Shown here in pieces: positions 21,501 to 35,049 of a stretch of 64,000 nucleotides of DNA (the stretch's first letter is position 1; the number at the start of each line of letters is the position of its first letter). Source of the stretch: Vitrella brassicaformis CCMP3155 (Eukaryota; Protista; Chromerida); contig CDMY01000439.1 of assembly GCA_001179505.1 (NCBI GenBank), forward strand, positions 1 to 64,000, given 5' to 3'. The translations under genes were made by a program, and so were the position numbers. The notes beneath the pieces were generated by a model, which had not been told where the DNA came from, searched no databases, and saw nothing but the letters and a program-made list of their open reading frames with translations.

Positions 21501-24500
21501 TGCGCACCAGGTTCTCGTCACAGTGGGCCACGTACAGGCCGATGGGGTCGCTCTCCCCCTCTGTGGTGCCCTCTCCTTGCCACGCCACCCTCACATTGCC
21601 GCACCCATTGGACCGCACGAGCGTGCCGTCGGGCCGGCGGAGGCAGGCGCGCGCTGACTTGGGGACCAGGCGGAGAGTGGGACGCGCGGATGAGAGGAGG
21701 GCATTGTTTGGGTCGAAGTTCTCCACCCTCTCCGCTATGATCTCCCGCACCACCTGAAGCTGCGTCTTGTCCGGACAGATGACTCGCGCCTGCATGCACC
21801 ACACACAAACGGCGGTGAAAGAATGAATGCGTGTTTTTCCCATGTAGCACCTCGGTGGTCAGTGCTCCTGCATCTCCTGCCGCGCCGGAGGGGTATGTCC
21901 TTTTGAGGACTGTCTTGGCGTAGCCCTCCTTCTCGACAGTGATGGTCGTGTTGTCGGGCAGCCTCCATGCTGCCGCCGAGGTGGGGGGGTGCTGCGGTAT
22001 GGGGGAAGATGTGACGATACGGGTGCCGTCGCCAAACAGCGCCACCTGAAGAAAGACATCAGACGACAACCATACAGGAAGGAAGCGGAAGCGAGTGCGT
22101 GGGTGGCGAAAAGGCGTTAACTCACACGCTCATCTTTGCCATCGGTTGGTGGGCTCTGCACGATGGCCACCTCTGTCTCGGCCAAAACGACCTTGTCATG
22201 AGTGTGTGGGTCCCTCTGGATGGCGATGGACAGCTCACCCAGAGGGTACTCCAGCCACCCGCCCTCCACCAACACAGCCCCAAAGAACACCTGCGGGTGG
22301 TATACGGGCTGCTCTGCCTCTCCCTGTGTCTCTGCCGCCTGTCCTTCGGCAGCTTCCTCCCCCTCGCTCTCAGCTGCGGGCCCCTGCAGCGACGTCTGGT
22401 CTGGATGGAACCTGCCGAATCGCCTGGCGTCAGGCCGGCACACCAACCAGTGCCCGGGCACCCCCTGCTCCACCCTCCCCAATCCCCACGGGTCTTCACG
22501 CATGTCCTCGTGAGCGCGCCAGATGTTCTTCTCGGTGTCGACCTCGCCCATGCCCTCCAGAGTGTCGCATGCACGTGTGTCGAGGAGGGAGATGAGGGCG
22601 TCGAAAAGGGGCAGGGTGGACGGAGGGGCAGCGCTGCGGCGACTGGTGAGCTCCGCACGAGTGGGGTTGCGCGATGCCAGTGTGCCGTCCTGAATGAATG
22701 AATGAACAGCGGGCAACCGATCACATTGTGAGCGGATGATTAGTTCCTTACCGGGCAGAGCGTCTCGAGTCTCCCCGACATGAGTTCCCTCACCACGACC
22801 CCGCTGCCCAACACCCGCCTCCCGACCTCCTCATCCTCAACACACCCGAAGTAGTAGCGAGCACTCGTCAATCGGCTCCGCGGCTGCTGCCCCTCATCGG
22901 TCCCCGGCACCTCCCCCTCGGACATCTGCAGCCGTGCCTCAATGAGCGCCACTCGAGTGAGCACGTCGTGTGGCGAGGGGAAGAGAAATGGCAGGGCAGT
23001 CGGGGGCGTCATGGCGACCGAGCCGTCCGGCATGCACTGGATGGTGAGGCCTGTGAAGGACGCGTAGGTGAGAAGCACGCCCAGCGGGGAGGTCTGTTGG
23101 GGCCACGAGAGACACGGCTGCTTCAGCTGATCCAGGTCCAGCTGAGGGGCGGGAGGGGCATTCTCGTCGTCGCCAGTGGCCTGCTGCTGCTCTTCATTGG
23201 ATTCAGAGGGGGCAGGCAGATCGTCGGGTGTCCGCGTGACCGCATAGTGCTGACTGTGGTGCATCTGCACGGTCAGCCGCGAATGGTTGTCGAACGTCAG
23301 CCAGAACACGCCATAAGACAGGGCGGAGAGCTGGTCTCGTTCCTTTGGCCGGGGAGGCTCCTCATTGCTGTCTTTGGCCGCAGGCTGCTCTGCCGGTGGT
23401 GTCTCCTCAGCAGCTTCTTCGCCCTCATTCTCTTCCTCCCCCTCTGCGGCCTGTTCCCCAGCTGGCGGGGGCATCAGCTCCTCGACAGCAGCGTCATACG
23501 CCTCCACCGCCTGATCAAATACAAAATAGAGCGAAGAACACTCAAAGGTTTTCCTGACACCTATTCTTACTTGCAAGAGTTGTTCTTTGCGTTTGGCCCA
23601 GGTCTCGTCCGAGTAGATGCCCATAGTGAGGTCCTCCTTGTATATCCTGCCCCACCGCACACAGTGCGTGGCCGGCGGGTCGTAGCCCGGCGGGACCGGT
23701 GGAGGCGCCAGCGGGTCCTTGGGCACCTCACTCTCCTTGGCCGACTTCTTGGCTGTTCACAGGGGAGGCAAGGCAAGCAGATTGTAACGGCCGCTTTTGC
23801 GTTCTGACGTCTGACCTTTCCTCTTTTTCTTTGGGTCGGTTTCTTCCTTCGGCGGTGGGGGAATGGGCGTTGGGAGGAATTCGTGAGTGCGCTGGGCTCC
23901 GTGCTGCTGAGTGGTGACGACCATGATGGAGCCGTCTGCCGGCGTGATGACCTTGGTTGTGTGGCGCAGGTGGTGGTAGCTCTGGGCGGGCAGCTCGTAG
24001 AGCATTGAAGGCACTGGACCTCCCTGGGAACAGAAGACAAAGCCGAAGGAGTGCGAGACATGAAATCAAAACAGTGTTGCACCTACCTTTATGAAGTTCC
24101 GCCATTCGATGAACGAAGGTCTCCCAAGCCACGGTGCATTCCAACAGTGCCAATAACAGCGCCCAGGCAACGCCCTTAATGCAAGACACACGGAGAGAAG
24201 AAAAGATGTCGATTCCGCTCACAGACCCATCCACACTTGCACGCCAAGTGAGCACCGCACCTCTGATGGAAGACCACAAGCAGGGCGTCCATTCGCGGGA
24301 CGTACTGAGTGGCCATGAGCCAGCTGTCGCGGTCCACCACACACTTGCCCATCGCCTCGGCCACAATGCTGGCCGACACACGCTCACGAAACCGCCAGCT
24401 CTGCAGCCCCCAACAACGCTCGGGCTGGACCTGAGGAGTTGTCAGACACAGAATACGCGAGCAGCAGCGTTCGGGCAACCGTACATGCAGCTACCTGATT

Positions 24501-26406
24501 GAGCAGAGTGGTGAGCTCATGCAGCAGAAGAGCGTGGTCAGCGAGACATGCAGGAAGGAAACCCAGAAAGGGCATCAAACGAGACCTCAAAGCGGACCTC
24601 CTCTCGGGCAGCAGCGTGGCCCACTCCGGGAATCGCCTCCTGTCCGGCCCCGGCACGAGCACGTTGTCAGTCATGCGATGACAGACATCCACCAGATGGG
24701 GGCCGCCGGAAAATGTCTGGCCCACATGCCGACAAGAGCCCTGGTCTCGATGGGCTATGACGGGGCAGCGGGCGATGGCACCGACTGAGCCGCCTGTTGT
24801 GGGAGGGGGAGGGGGGCAGGGGGGAGGGGGCGGTGGCAAAGAAGGCGCACTCAGCCGACTGCAACGACCCGACCCAAGGGGTGTGGCTTTCAATTATTTT
24901 CGTCTTCTTCTTCTTTCGTAAGGCTTGCTTACTTTTGTGCGACGTCTAGGTATGACCTTAGCGTGTCGATCTGATTCTCTGCATCTGCCGCCTCAAGCGC
25001 TGCTGAACCCTGAAAGAGAGAATACATACAGGATGACCACGATACACGTCCCAACGGGTAGTCGCCTGGGTCGACCTCTTGGTTGACGGCCACTTGCTCG
25101 ACAAGGCAGTGAAGCAGGACGGGCACATCGTGCTGAAAGGGATCAATCGAGGACACCAGCCGCTCATATACCCTGTTGCCAGCCACCAAAGAGACAAATC
25201 AACTCGCGTGCCCGTTGTGTTCGGCTTTTCACGTCTCTACCTCTGGTCGCTCTCAACCTTGGCCGTCTCATCCTTTTCCGCTTCTTCGGCCTTCTCGCCT
25301 TCACCTTCGTCCCCCTCCCCGCTTTCGTCAGCACCCTCGTGTGCACGGTCATCCACAGCCCCAGCCCCTTTCTCGAGCGACTGAATCGCCACCGACGCCA
25401 TAAAGGCCTCATACTCCCGCCTGTCGTCCTCGATAGCCGCAAGCTCATCGCACAACATGTCCACGAGAGCTTTGGGGCCACCAACAGGCTCGTCGCTTTC
25501 AACAGCCTCTTCTGCCGCAGCAAGGACCCTGGCAGACAGATCCCATCGCTGTATGTAGTGAATCGTTTCGGTTTATTCTCACCTTGCGCAATTGGGTATT
25601 ACTGAGAGTGTGGTGTCGGCCGCTTTGGCCCCCTTAGTGATAAGCTCGTCAAGTGTGAGGAACAGGGAATCCAGCCTCTCTTCTTCAGGCAAATTGTCCT
25701 CGTTCTCATGAAGGGACGCGTATTTCACGTCTGACAGCCCCAGCGGCTCCAGGTGGACAATACCCGAGAAGGGGAGACTCTCGGTGCCAATGAGGCTCTC
25801 CAGCTGCTCCTCAGTGGCCGGCAGATCTTGGGCGATGATCAGTAGGTCTAGTGATGGCTTCGACGCGTCAGCAGCAGGCTCCTCGGCAACTTCCTTGCTT
25901 TCATCGGCGTCTTCCGCCTCTTTCTCTTGCTGCTGTCTATCCATTGCATCTTTCTTGGCCTTGTTGAACTTGCTCCTCCGCCCTGCCGCCACGTGGTCTT
26001 GCGTCAGCCTTGTAAGCACCTCGCCCATCGTGTGTCCAGCCATCTCTGTGGAGTCTTTCGCATCCCTCATGCCCGTCTCCACTGCATACTGCACCAGCAT
26101 GTCCTTGGTCACCACCAGGGTCTTCATCGGCACCTCTGCTGCAGGCTTGTCTGCCAGATTCTCCCTCACGTATCCCATCACCGCCGCCAGAACGTCTGTC
26201 GCCTCACCCGCCGCTTGGGCGTCCTCTCCCTCTTCTCCTGACAGTGTGGCCTCCTTGATGTCGGTGGGGTCATAAGAGCGGGAGAAGAGTCTGATGCAGC
26301 TCGAGAGGAAGGGAGGCTCCTCCAGTGGGAAGTCGACGGTGAGCTCCTCCTCCACATCAGGGACGAGCTTCGCCGCTCCTCCCTTAGGGGCGGCCTTGGG
26401 CGCCAT
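18537..26406 (-). CDS. SPAG17: SPAG17/PF6-like flagellar central-pair projection protein, large multi-exon gene
   Basis: Starts MAPKAAPKGG; C-terminal exon VEPPSLRFGPLRQGHIYRLHFKLRNFDVDVCRFNVKGP..VPPGLALPVTVEL..HILQLPVIAEVL resembles the SPAG17 C-terminal Ig-like domain; many in-phase minus-strand exons over ~8 kb. Confidence 0.8.
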
Positions 26407-26774
26407 GACGCGCTGACGATATCAACCAGATGGGCCCCAGAGGAGGTTTGTTTGAGAAACGAGGAGACTGGGGGCGAAGGGGGGCTGATGATGCAATTAA
26501 GTTTGCAAGTGCGATCACAAAACCACGGCCCGGGCACCTCTTCCGAAACGCTTACGGAGCAATGACAAGGCGCCGTGTCGGCGAGATTTCTCGACGCGCG
26601 AGAGACAAGACATTTTATTTTCTGAATTCACCCATCAGATTTTCCAGCACCGCCGCGCTTTTCCTCCTCCTCGGCCTTCTCGCGGCCACATCTCCTCCTT
26701 TTCATTTCCTTTCGGGCTGCTTGTCATCCTGTGTGGCTCGCCCAAGCCCCTCCCAGGCCCTCCCGCTTGTCCGG

Positions 26775-29700
26775 ATGCCAGCCGCCACTTCTTGTTTCGC
26801 CTCCTGTAGACGGGCAGCCCTCCGCCATTGGCGCCCTGCCGCCTGCCGCGCCCTAGGCGTGGCGTCTGCGTGGCGGCTGCGGGAGAGTACCCGTGCCTTC
26901 TTTCTTTCTCGTGGAAGCCTCCGTCAGGTCAGTGATGTGGTGTGAGCCTGAACTGTGTGTTTGTGCATGGTGCGAGCGAGGCCCTTGTGCGTGTGCACGC
27001 GCCCGTGGCCATTCCTCACGTGTGCGCTCATGCACGGCGCTGATACGTCTGTGTGCAGGTGAGTTTTTGAAAAAACGCCGTCTCATTTTTCGACACGCTT
27101 TGCGACAGGGGAGAAGTGTATCGCCAAGCCGTGTCTTCATTGTGGGTATAGAGGCCGATTCTTCCTGTGCCGCCTCGGAGATTTATTTTTTCAGCGCCCG
27201 CTCGGCCCTTCTGCCCTTCAAACTATCGATGCAGTGCCGAGTAAACATTCAAAGTCAGAGTACTCGTCGCTTCGTCTTGTTCAGGATTGTGTGCAGAAGG
27301 AGAGCTGGTGTCTGAGATGTTCGACGCAGGTCTTTTTTCCTTTTTGTTCCCCTTTTTCTCTCTCTTTTCTTCTCTTTTCTTTTTTGCTGGGCTTCTTTGA
27401 CATTCCTCGTTCCTCAGCCACGGGGTGGGGTCTCTTGTCCTTCTTTCGGCGTGGAGACCGGCTGTCGGCTCACACCCGTGAGTGCAGGAACAGGTAGGTA
27501 GCCACCCTCAGCACACTGGGAGTGTCGGCGGAGTTTTCCTGTCTCGTTCAGAGGTGTGTGCGGGGGGCTCATCTGTCTGTGAGATGTCCTCAGAGAGGAG
27601 GGACGAGGGAGACGGCAGGGCTGCCTCGTTGTCAGACAGCAACACAGGTGGGAAAACAACAGCTTATTCTCATCATTCGCGTGTGCCAGCTTTCTCTCTG
27701 TGTCGATGTCTTCAGGGGCTGAAGAGCAGTCTGCGGAAGCTCTTGAGACACAGCCGATGGAGCTCGTCCTCGTGCCAGGTACGATGCGATTGCTTCCTCG
27801 GTGCCTGTCATTTCTCCATGTGGTCGCCTTTCTCTCAGATGGCCAGCCAGCCATGGCCATGGATCATCAAGAGGCGAGCCGCCAGCTGCCCTGGGCCGGC
27901 CTTGCGGACGGCTGGAGCCCAGAGACGTACAAGGCGACGATGAAGGGTAACAGCAGTACCTCATCAAAAGAACGAACAAGCGTATTGTCTCTTCTCTTCT
28001 CTGTTTGTAATGGATTCGTCAGCCTATGAGCAGTTCTGGCACAACCCCACCTGTGACCCCACATGGCCATCCGACTGCACCGATCCCGTCTCATGCTTCC
28101 TTCAGGCAGAGCTCAGCATCATCATGTAGGCAAAGAAACAAACCAAACAACCGAATTTTCTCTCCGACTGTCCCTTTTCGCACGCTCCTCAGCGCATTCA
28201 ATTACTTTGACAAGGCACGCATGACTCGTGCGAAAGACCTGCTGGGCATGTCACTGCAGCTGGCCGAACAGGTAATGCCAACCTGGTAGACACAGGGGCT
28301 GCACCATTTCAGCTCGAAAGAAGAAGGCGCTGCGGGCCAGCGAGGCAAGGTAATGAGCACGTTGAGCGGACACAAAATCATTTGAGATACGTTCTTTCAT
28401 GTGTATGAAGTGTCTCTGAGGATGACGGGGCTTGGTGGATCATGCAAAGGAACATGGACGATAGCCTCGACTTCCTTGATGGTGAGTGGCGGAATAGATG
28501 GGAGAAATGGGGAGAGAGTGCCTGCGTCCCTTAGGCATGATGACAGCCCTCTCCCTCTACCTGTCGCCAGGACCTGAGGCGAAAAATCTAAAGCTCCTCC
28601 GAAAGGTGGACGAGGTGTTTGGTTTATAGTAGCAATTTCCTGTCTTATCCTCTTTCCCTGTCAGGAGTTGCGGCGGCCTCAAGGCGGGTACGCTATCATT
28701 CGACTGGGGCTGTGATCGCCGAGTACGTCTCGAAGGTGAAGGCCAAGAAGAAGCTCAGTCTTGAGGAGCTGGATCAGCTGGTCTGCAGAAAGACAAAGAG
28801 CTTCAAGCGCATCCGTTGCTGTTATTTTTCTAGATAAAGACGCTCCCATCACGGCTCCAGACATACATGGGATTCTATATCGCGTAAGCGCCACGTATAG
28901 GCGGATCCTTCTAATCTGTATAGGCGTGAAGCGGAAGACTTCAGAGGAGCTGTCAACATCTTCAAAGGAAGCCGCCTAAACGAGTAAGAAAAGAAAGCCA
29001 AAAGTGGCCTTCTGACGGTGATTGTTGTTTGAGTCCCTCCCCTTGTTAAGGAGGGGAAATTTGAGCGAATGGCTCTACAGGAAGGAAAGAGCAACTTACT
29101 TCTTGGAGCCCTTCATCATATAGCACTCTTACAACGATGTCTATGCAATGCTGAGAGGTGAGTCCAGGTTTTGTCGCCTTTGTGTCCAGCGAAGGCCTTT
29201 TGGTATTTGCAGGCTGATCATAGATGGTGCTGAAGAAGACATGAGCGACCGCCGGCGGGTAGTGTTTTGTGTGGTCTGCTTCCTCAGCGGCCACCCAGAA
29301 GAAGGCATTGAGATACGCAAGACATTCCTACACGTCAGCAGAAGTCAAAGCTATGTATCATGTAAACCTCTGTCTGCATTTCAGCGCTGCAAGGTACCAA
29401 AGGGCTCACTATGACAACAAGACGTCTTGAGAATGCTGGGTGAAAAGCCTACGTAAGACAGGCAGGGTCCCATTCACGCCCACAGGCGCCATGTGCAGAG
29501 CTGATGTCGCTTGTCCTCTGTGCAGACCACAAGACGCTCTCCTGGCATGGGTACATGTGTTGTACCACTGCAAGCTGCTCCCAAAAGCCACAGGACACCT
29601 GCCCTTCATATGCACATTTCTCGATGGGGTAGAGGGAAACAAGAGAGCATCTCACTTGATGCTTGCAGGCCAAATTTGCGGCTGGTCTCCTTTGATGTCT

Positions 29701-30520
29701 CGGTCAGATGCAGAAAAAACTGTGTGCGGCATGGCAGAAGTCCGAGAATTATGGGCGTGTGCGGCCCTTCTCCTCAGTAAGCCATCAGTGCTTGAAATGC
29801 TGTCATGCATCGTCTCTCTGTCTCGTCAGCGCTGGCGATGGGTGAGCCAGAGGAACAAGCAAAATGGGGACACAGCAAGTGCCAGGCATACCTGCTGCTC
29901 ACCATATTAAGTCATCATGCGGAGAGCAATGTAAGCAATTTATCTTTATTCTTTCGTGCTCTATTCTTCTGTCGTTGTCTTGTCATGCTTCGTGCTTAGT
30001 GCGATTAGGTCGTGCCGTTGGCTTTCAAGGGACTTCTCATTCTACCGCAGACCGACGAAAAAGCGCACCGAATCCTCGACAGCTCGAAAAAGTAATAATG
30101 CACGAGCGGTGTGCAGGATTTCAATCTTGCAACCTTGATGTATGCAGGGGAGTGGGGACGATTGTTTCAAACGACATCACAAATGAGCTTCGAGGGACAT
30201 GACCTGGGACGGCCTTTCGGATGGCTGGAGCCCAGAGACAAACAAGGCGACGAGAAAGGGTGAGCCATCGCCAATCAAAAGAATGAAAGAGCGTATTGTG
30301 TCCTGCCTCCTTTCTTTGTAATGCACTTGTCAGCCTGTGAGAAGTTCTGGCGCGACCCCACCTGTCACCCCACATGGCCATCTGAGTGCTGCGACCCGGT
30401 GTCATGCTTCCCCTACGCAGAGCTCAGTATTACCATGTAGGCAAAGACAAATGAGACACTCGAATCTCTCTCGACTGTCCCATTGTGTGTCCTTTTCAGC
30501 GCATTCAACGACTTTCGGGT
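26775..30520 (+). CDS. Multi-exon gene or genes of unknown function, partly duplicated and probably decayed; Arg-rich N-terminus
   Basis: Exon-like blocks with AG/GT ends (AEEQSAEALETQPMELVLVP; QLPWAGLADGWSPETYKATMK; FNYFDKARMTRAKDLLGMSLQLAEQ); no complete model could be built. Confidence 0.35.
27890..28210 (+). repeat. Direct repeat of ~30203-30510 (duplicated exon/intron block)
   Basis: Shared ggctggagcccagagac..aaggcgacg..aagggt and accccacctgt.accccacatggccat. Confidence 0.85.
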
Positions 30521-30627
30521 ATCAAGTTTGGTGACGAAATTGGCGGCGACTGCTCCTCATCAAGGCCGCCCGCCAGGAACTGCGCCCTTCACGTCCCAGT
30601 AGAGGGAGAGGGGAGGGGGGGGGGGGG

Positions 30628-30927
30628 NNNNNNNNNNNNNNNNNNNNNNNNNNNNNNNNNNNNNNNNNNNNNNNNNNNNNNNNNNNNNNNNNNNNNNNNN
30701 NNNNNNNNNNNNNNNNNNNNNNNNNNNNNNNNNNNNNNNNNNNNNNNNNNNNNNNNNNNNNNNNNNNNNNNNNNNNNNNNNNNNNNNNNNNNNNNNNNNN
30801 NNNNNNNNNNNNNNNNNNNNNNNNNNNNNNNNNNNNNNNNNNNNNNNNNNNNNNNNNNNNNNNNNNNNNNNNNNNNNNNNNNNNNNNNNNNNNNNNNNNN
30901 NNNNNNNNNNNNNNNNNNNNNNNNNNN
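30628..30927. other. Assembly gap (300 N) flanked by poly-G
   Basis: Run of N with G-runs on both sides. Confidence 1.
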
Positions 30928-31034
30928 GGGGGGGGTGATGGGTGGTGGAGAGGTGAGTGACGGAGAGAAAGGGATGGAACAGAAGGGACCTTCCTGTGCA
31001 CACATGTGGTCTGCTTTCTCTTTGTGTGTCTGCA

Positions 31035-32700
31035 GGCGATGCTGGAGACGACAGGTGAAATCGCTGTCTACATTTTACATCTGCGGGCTTATTCTTCTCC
31101 CTTTTCGACGGACGAAGTGCGCAACCTCTGCCGACAGCGAATGAGAGACGACTGCGATGCTGTGATGCCTCTTCGGGCTGAGGTTCGCAGGTAGGTGCGG
31201 CTTGTCTAGAGAAATAATGGAAGGTGTGGCACATGTCATTCTCGTTTGCATGTGCCATCTGCAGATTCTGCTGACATTGGGTCGCATCAGGAAATCGCCA
31301 TCTCTCGTCGCCTCGTCGCCGTTGTCCTCTCGTTCCGCACCGCACCGCATATTCCATCTGATCAGATACGGCACGCCATGGGCAACTTCTCGTCCGCTTC
31401 GGAGTCGGACATCAGACTCAAGCGGGAGCCTGAGGTCGTTGAGATTTCTTATATGACCATCGTGCTGCGCTCCCATGACTTCATGACGCGCGACCTCGCA
31501 TTCAAAAAGATCGTGGCGGTGGGAGGGAAGGGAGAGCAGCAGATCAGACATGGAACAGCATCATCCGCATGATGCTGTCTGTCCGTCTGTCTGTTTGTCT
31601 GTGTGTGGGTGAGCAGGAGTGCGACCCCGCGAGGGGCGTGTTGGCAGGGGTCGGGCCGGCGTTCCCCTCCCCTAACGACCCGCAGGTGCTCATGGTGGGC
31701 GTGACGCCCGTGGGCGACAAGTACGTCAAAAAGATAAAACACATCGTGGATAACCTCCATCTGGTCGGCCAGCCCTTCCGGGCACCGCTGGAGGCCGAGA
31801 TGTTCCACCACGTGCGTAGGCCACCACACAGACACACACAGACTCATTCTAAACAGATTGGCTGGTTGGTTGGCCTTGCTGTCTTTCAGGAGTTACGGTC
31901 CATCAGTTTGTCGAGGTTCTCTCCGGTAAGAAGAGACGGACCACGAGAAGGGGAGGCAGCGACAAGTGTTATGTTGTCTGTCGTCTGTGATTGTTCTGCA
32001 GATGCAGATGACGGTGCCCTTCGCGGTGAGAAGACGTCTGGCACGGCTCAACTCATTGATGGCCACACGTAGACGGCCGGCATGCACCGCCTTTCTTTCA
32101 TAGATACCAGCGGTGACCTGCGTGGGGCCGACGGTTTCGACGCCGCCTGCGTGGAGCAATGTTCCGCCTGAGTTGCTTGAGTGGAGCGGACACCGACGGC
32201 CGCCTTTATACAAGCTGTACCTGGTTGTGGTGAGGTGTGAGGAGGACCACAATCGCATGCAGGCTTACCAGGCCATCACTGCCGTAAGCAGAAGGAGAGA
32301 AGAGATGTCGGGATGGGTACACGGCATGATGTGCAATGCATGTGTCTGCTGCTGGCTGTAGGCACACAGGCCGGCGAGCGGGTTCCAAGGCACCGTGTTT
32401 CCGCCCGAGATCGTCGTTACCCCACCAAGTGGCTCATCAACATCAAGGCGCCCAAGGGGCGGGAAGCCGCCACTCTGATTCAGAACGTTGTCGACAACAT
32501 GCACCAAGAGATGCGGATCACGAACAAGGCGAGCATCAAACTATACTGACAGGTGAGCAATTCCATTCACTGAGACAGACGGAGCAGACGCACAGGTCGC
32601 CTTCTCTGTCCTTGTGCCCCTCAGAAGTTCACAAAGATGTCGAACATGGAGCTCTTACCGACGGTAAGCCACAGAGACCACAACCGTCGTTGAGCCGCCT
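31035..32700 (+). pseudogene. Decayed multi-exon gene; its 3' module is duplicated at 35059-35590
   Basis: Frameshift before PTKWLINIKAPKG and TGA at 32547-32549 where the paralog reads GCA; 32155-32700 aligns to 35059-35590. Confidence 0.5.
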
Positions 32701-32899
32701 TGTGCTGTTGTGGCCCCTGGCCATGTGTGTGCTTCTTGGCCCATTCCAGGGAGACGGCCAAGAAGATCGCACGAGAACAGACGCCACCATGACGGCGTTT
32801 CAGCGAGTTTTCGCGCCCATCGCCATCGACAGCAGGCAATTTCCTTTGCTCGGGGACGGGGAAGCAGCAACAGCAGTCATGGCGGCGGAGGAGGAGCAG

Positions 32900-34530
32900 C
32901 GCAGGCGGCAGTGTTTGTTGTGGATGAAGCCGGAGGATGTAGAGGTGGCGATGGAGGCGTAAGAAGCGCACTGCAGGGGAGGTGAGCGGGCAGCTACGCA
33001 ATGGCCAGACAGACAGACAGACAGGCAGACAGACAGACAGACAGACAGGGAGACGGCTGCCAGGGTGCTGGAAAAGGGCCGGGCCCGGCGGAGTGGGTCG
33101 CTGCATGGCATCTGCTCTGCGTGTCCTGTCGTCTTTTGCAGAGGCTTGAGGCGGCCAAAGCCCTCGAGACGGCCAAGGTGAGTCATCGGCCAACGCCAAT
33201 CAGTGGAGAGCGCTACGGCCAAGATCGATTTCTGTCCTTGTCTGCAGGCGGCCCTGTACCACCAGACGGGGCTCCAGGTGCCCACGGGCGAGACCCACAC
33301 CTTCGGTGGACAGGGCAGTCTGTGGCGATGCGGGCGGTACATGGTCAAGATCCTGGACACGAAGTGCTCCAGAGGCGGGGTATGCAACGAAACCACACAC
33401 GAATGGGACAAGCACACAATAGGCAGTCACTTATCGTGTCTGCTTGTCTTTGTAGCCGCCCACCGTACACGCACTGCTATCAGATCTTGCCGGAACAGCG
33501 ACTGCTGCGGGCTGACGTGGAAGTGCAAGAAGCGTGAGCTGTGCTGCGGGAGGAGCGTGTGGTGGGTGGCATGTGAGAAGCGGGCAGGGTGATGGAGCGG
33601 GCACAGAGGGGGAGTGTCACCGACCACCGACAGCCGTGTCTCGTGTCTCCGTGTCTCATTTCCCTCTCCGTGCGTCCGTCAGGCATCGCTGGCTACATTT
33701 TATATCTCGTGGTCTCTTTGTCACGTCGCAAAACGTCTTTTCCTATACAGACGGAGAGGACAACGCCTACAGGTAAGCATGAAAGCAGAGAAGGACGACA
33801 GACGGAGATGCATGTGCCGCACACCTCACGGTTGCGTATGTGCGTGCATCTTATGATGCTCAGCGGCCCTCGTCAGTGAGGGCTTGAAAAGGTTGGAAGA
33901 TCGAGCTCACATTTGGCAGGCATCACCTACTCACCCACTCATCCGGCCGGCCGACGGTCTCTTTCTCGCCGCTTCCATCGCATCCTGGACATCGCCCTCG
34001 GCCAGTCTCTTCGGAGGTAGAGTGGTGACTTTAGCAGAATGCCGTCGTGCGTCTTTTCAGCCCCTATTACCACCACGTAAGGCCGCACACATACCGAGAC
34101 GCTGAGACACACGTGTCCCTTGTGAAGTAATACTGGTTGCTGATTCTTTCATTTTGTATCTCGTGGACGCTGTACCCATATTGTTGCCCCGATGGTCAAG
34201 GGAGGCGGGAGGCAGCCACGTTGGATTGGCTTGGGTACCGAGTTTGAGGAATGGTGGAGGGGAGCGATGCATACAGGAGGGGTAAGAAGCTGGGTGACGC
34301 CGTCTGTATGCATCGCTCTCCATTCAGAACATCGCCGTTTTGCCTGTAGCCTTCAAAAAGACATGGTAAGAAGACACGATAGGTGTCGATATGTGACCTG
34401 TCTCTTCTCTTGTCTGTCGCTCATATGTGTATCATGCAAATGCAGGTGACCGTGCCCTATTGAGATTCGTCCACATAGATACGACTGCAGACGGATGGGC
34501 AACACGCAAACAACGCCCGAGGTGGTTCCC
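32900..34530 (+). CDS. Multi-exon unknown protein, possibly a very divergent kinase-like fold
   Basis: In-phase exons AALYHQTGLQVPTGETHTFGGQGSLWRCGRYMVKILDTKCSRG / RPPYTHCYQILP.. / HRWLHFISRGLFVTSQNVFSYTDGEDNAY; later RFVHIDTT. Confidence 0.4.
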
Positions 34531-35049
34531 TTCATACTGACCCCACTCAAAAATGCTGTTCCAGAAATGGAGTGGCTGCCGGTCTGTCTGTCTGTCTGTC
34601 TGTGCAGCGGGATGATGCTGACTTGTACAGGTCGCCACGATAGCCTTCTATATCCTGTAAGCAGTACTCGACAAGGGCAAAGCCTCGATCGTATCAATCG
34701 ACACCTCGTCCTTTGTTGCCTGCCTGCCTCCCTGTCCTGCCTGTGTGTGTGCAGGGATGGGTCGTAGCTCCTTCATGCGTGTTCCACACAGCCCTCCCCC
34801 TCCCTCTCTGCCTGCTCGGTGCATGGTGATGCTTTCTTTCCTTTTTGAGTGACTGACTGTAGCTTAGTAGCCGGGCGAAACTGGGCAAACACAGGCAGAC
34901 AGAGGGAGATACAGACAGAGGGAGATACAGATAGTGAGCGTGGGTGATTCCTGTTGCGTGTCGTCGTTTGATTGTGCGTGAAAGACATGGGACTTGGCCG
35001 TCAGGCCGCTTAGGACATTCCGTGAAACCGCGCTCTCTCGCCGGAATCG

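Noticed and set aside
19826-23807. Long plus-strand ORFs opposite SPAG17
   Set aside because: Antisense shadows of GC-rich coding exons
30485-31357. ORFs spanning the second N-gap
   Set aside because: Artifacts of translating N as X
33005-33050. (ACAG)n and similar short repeats as a CRISPR array or regulatory array
   Set aside because: Simple intronic microsatellites found throughout the window; no repeat-spacer structure; eukaryotic context
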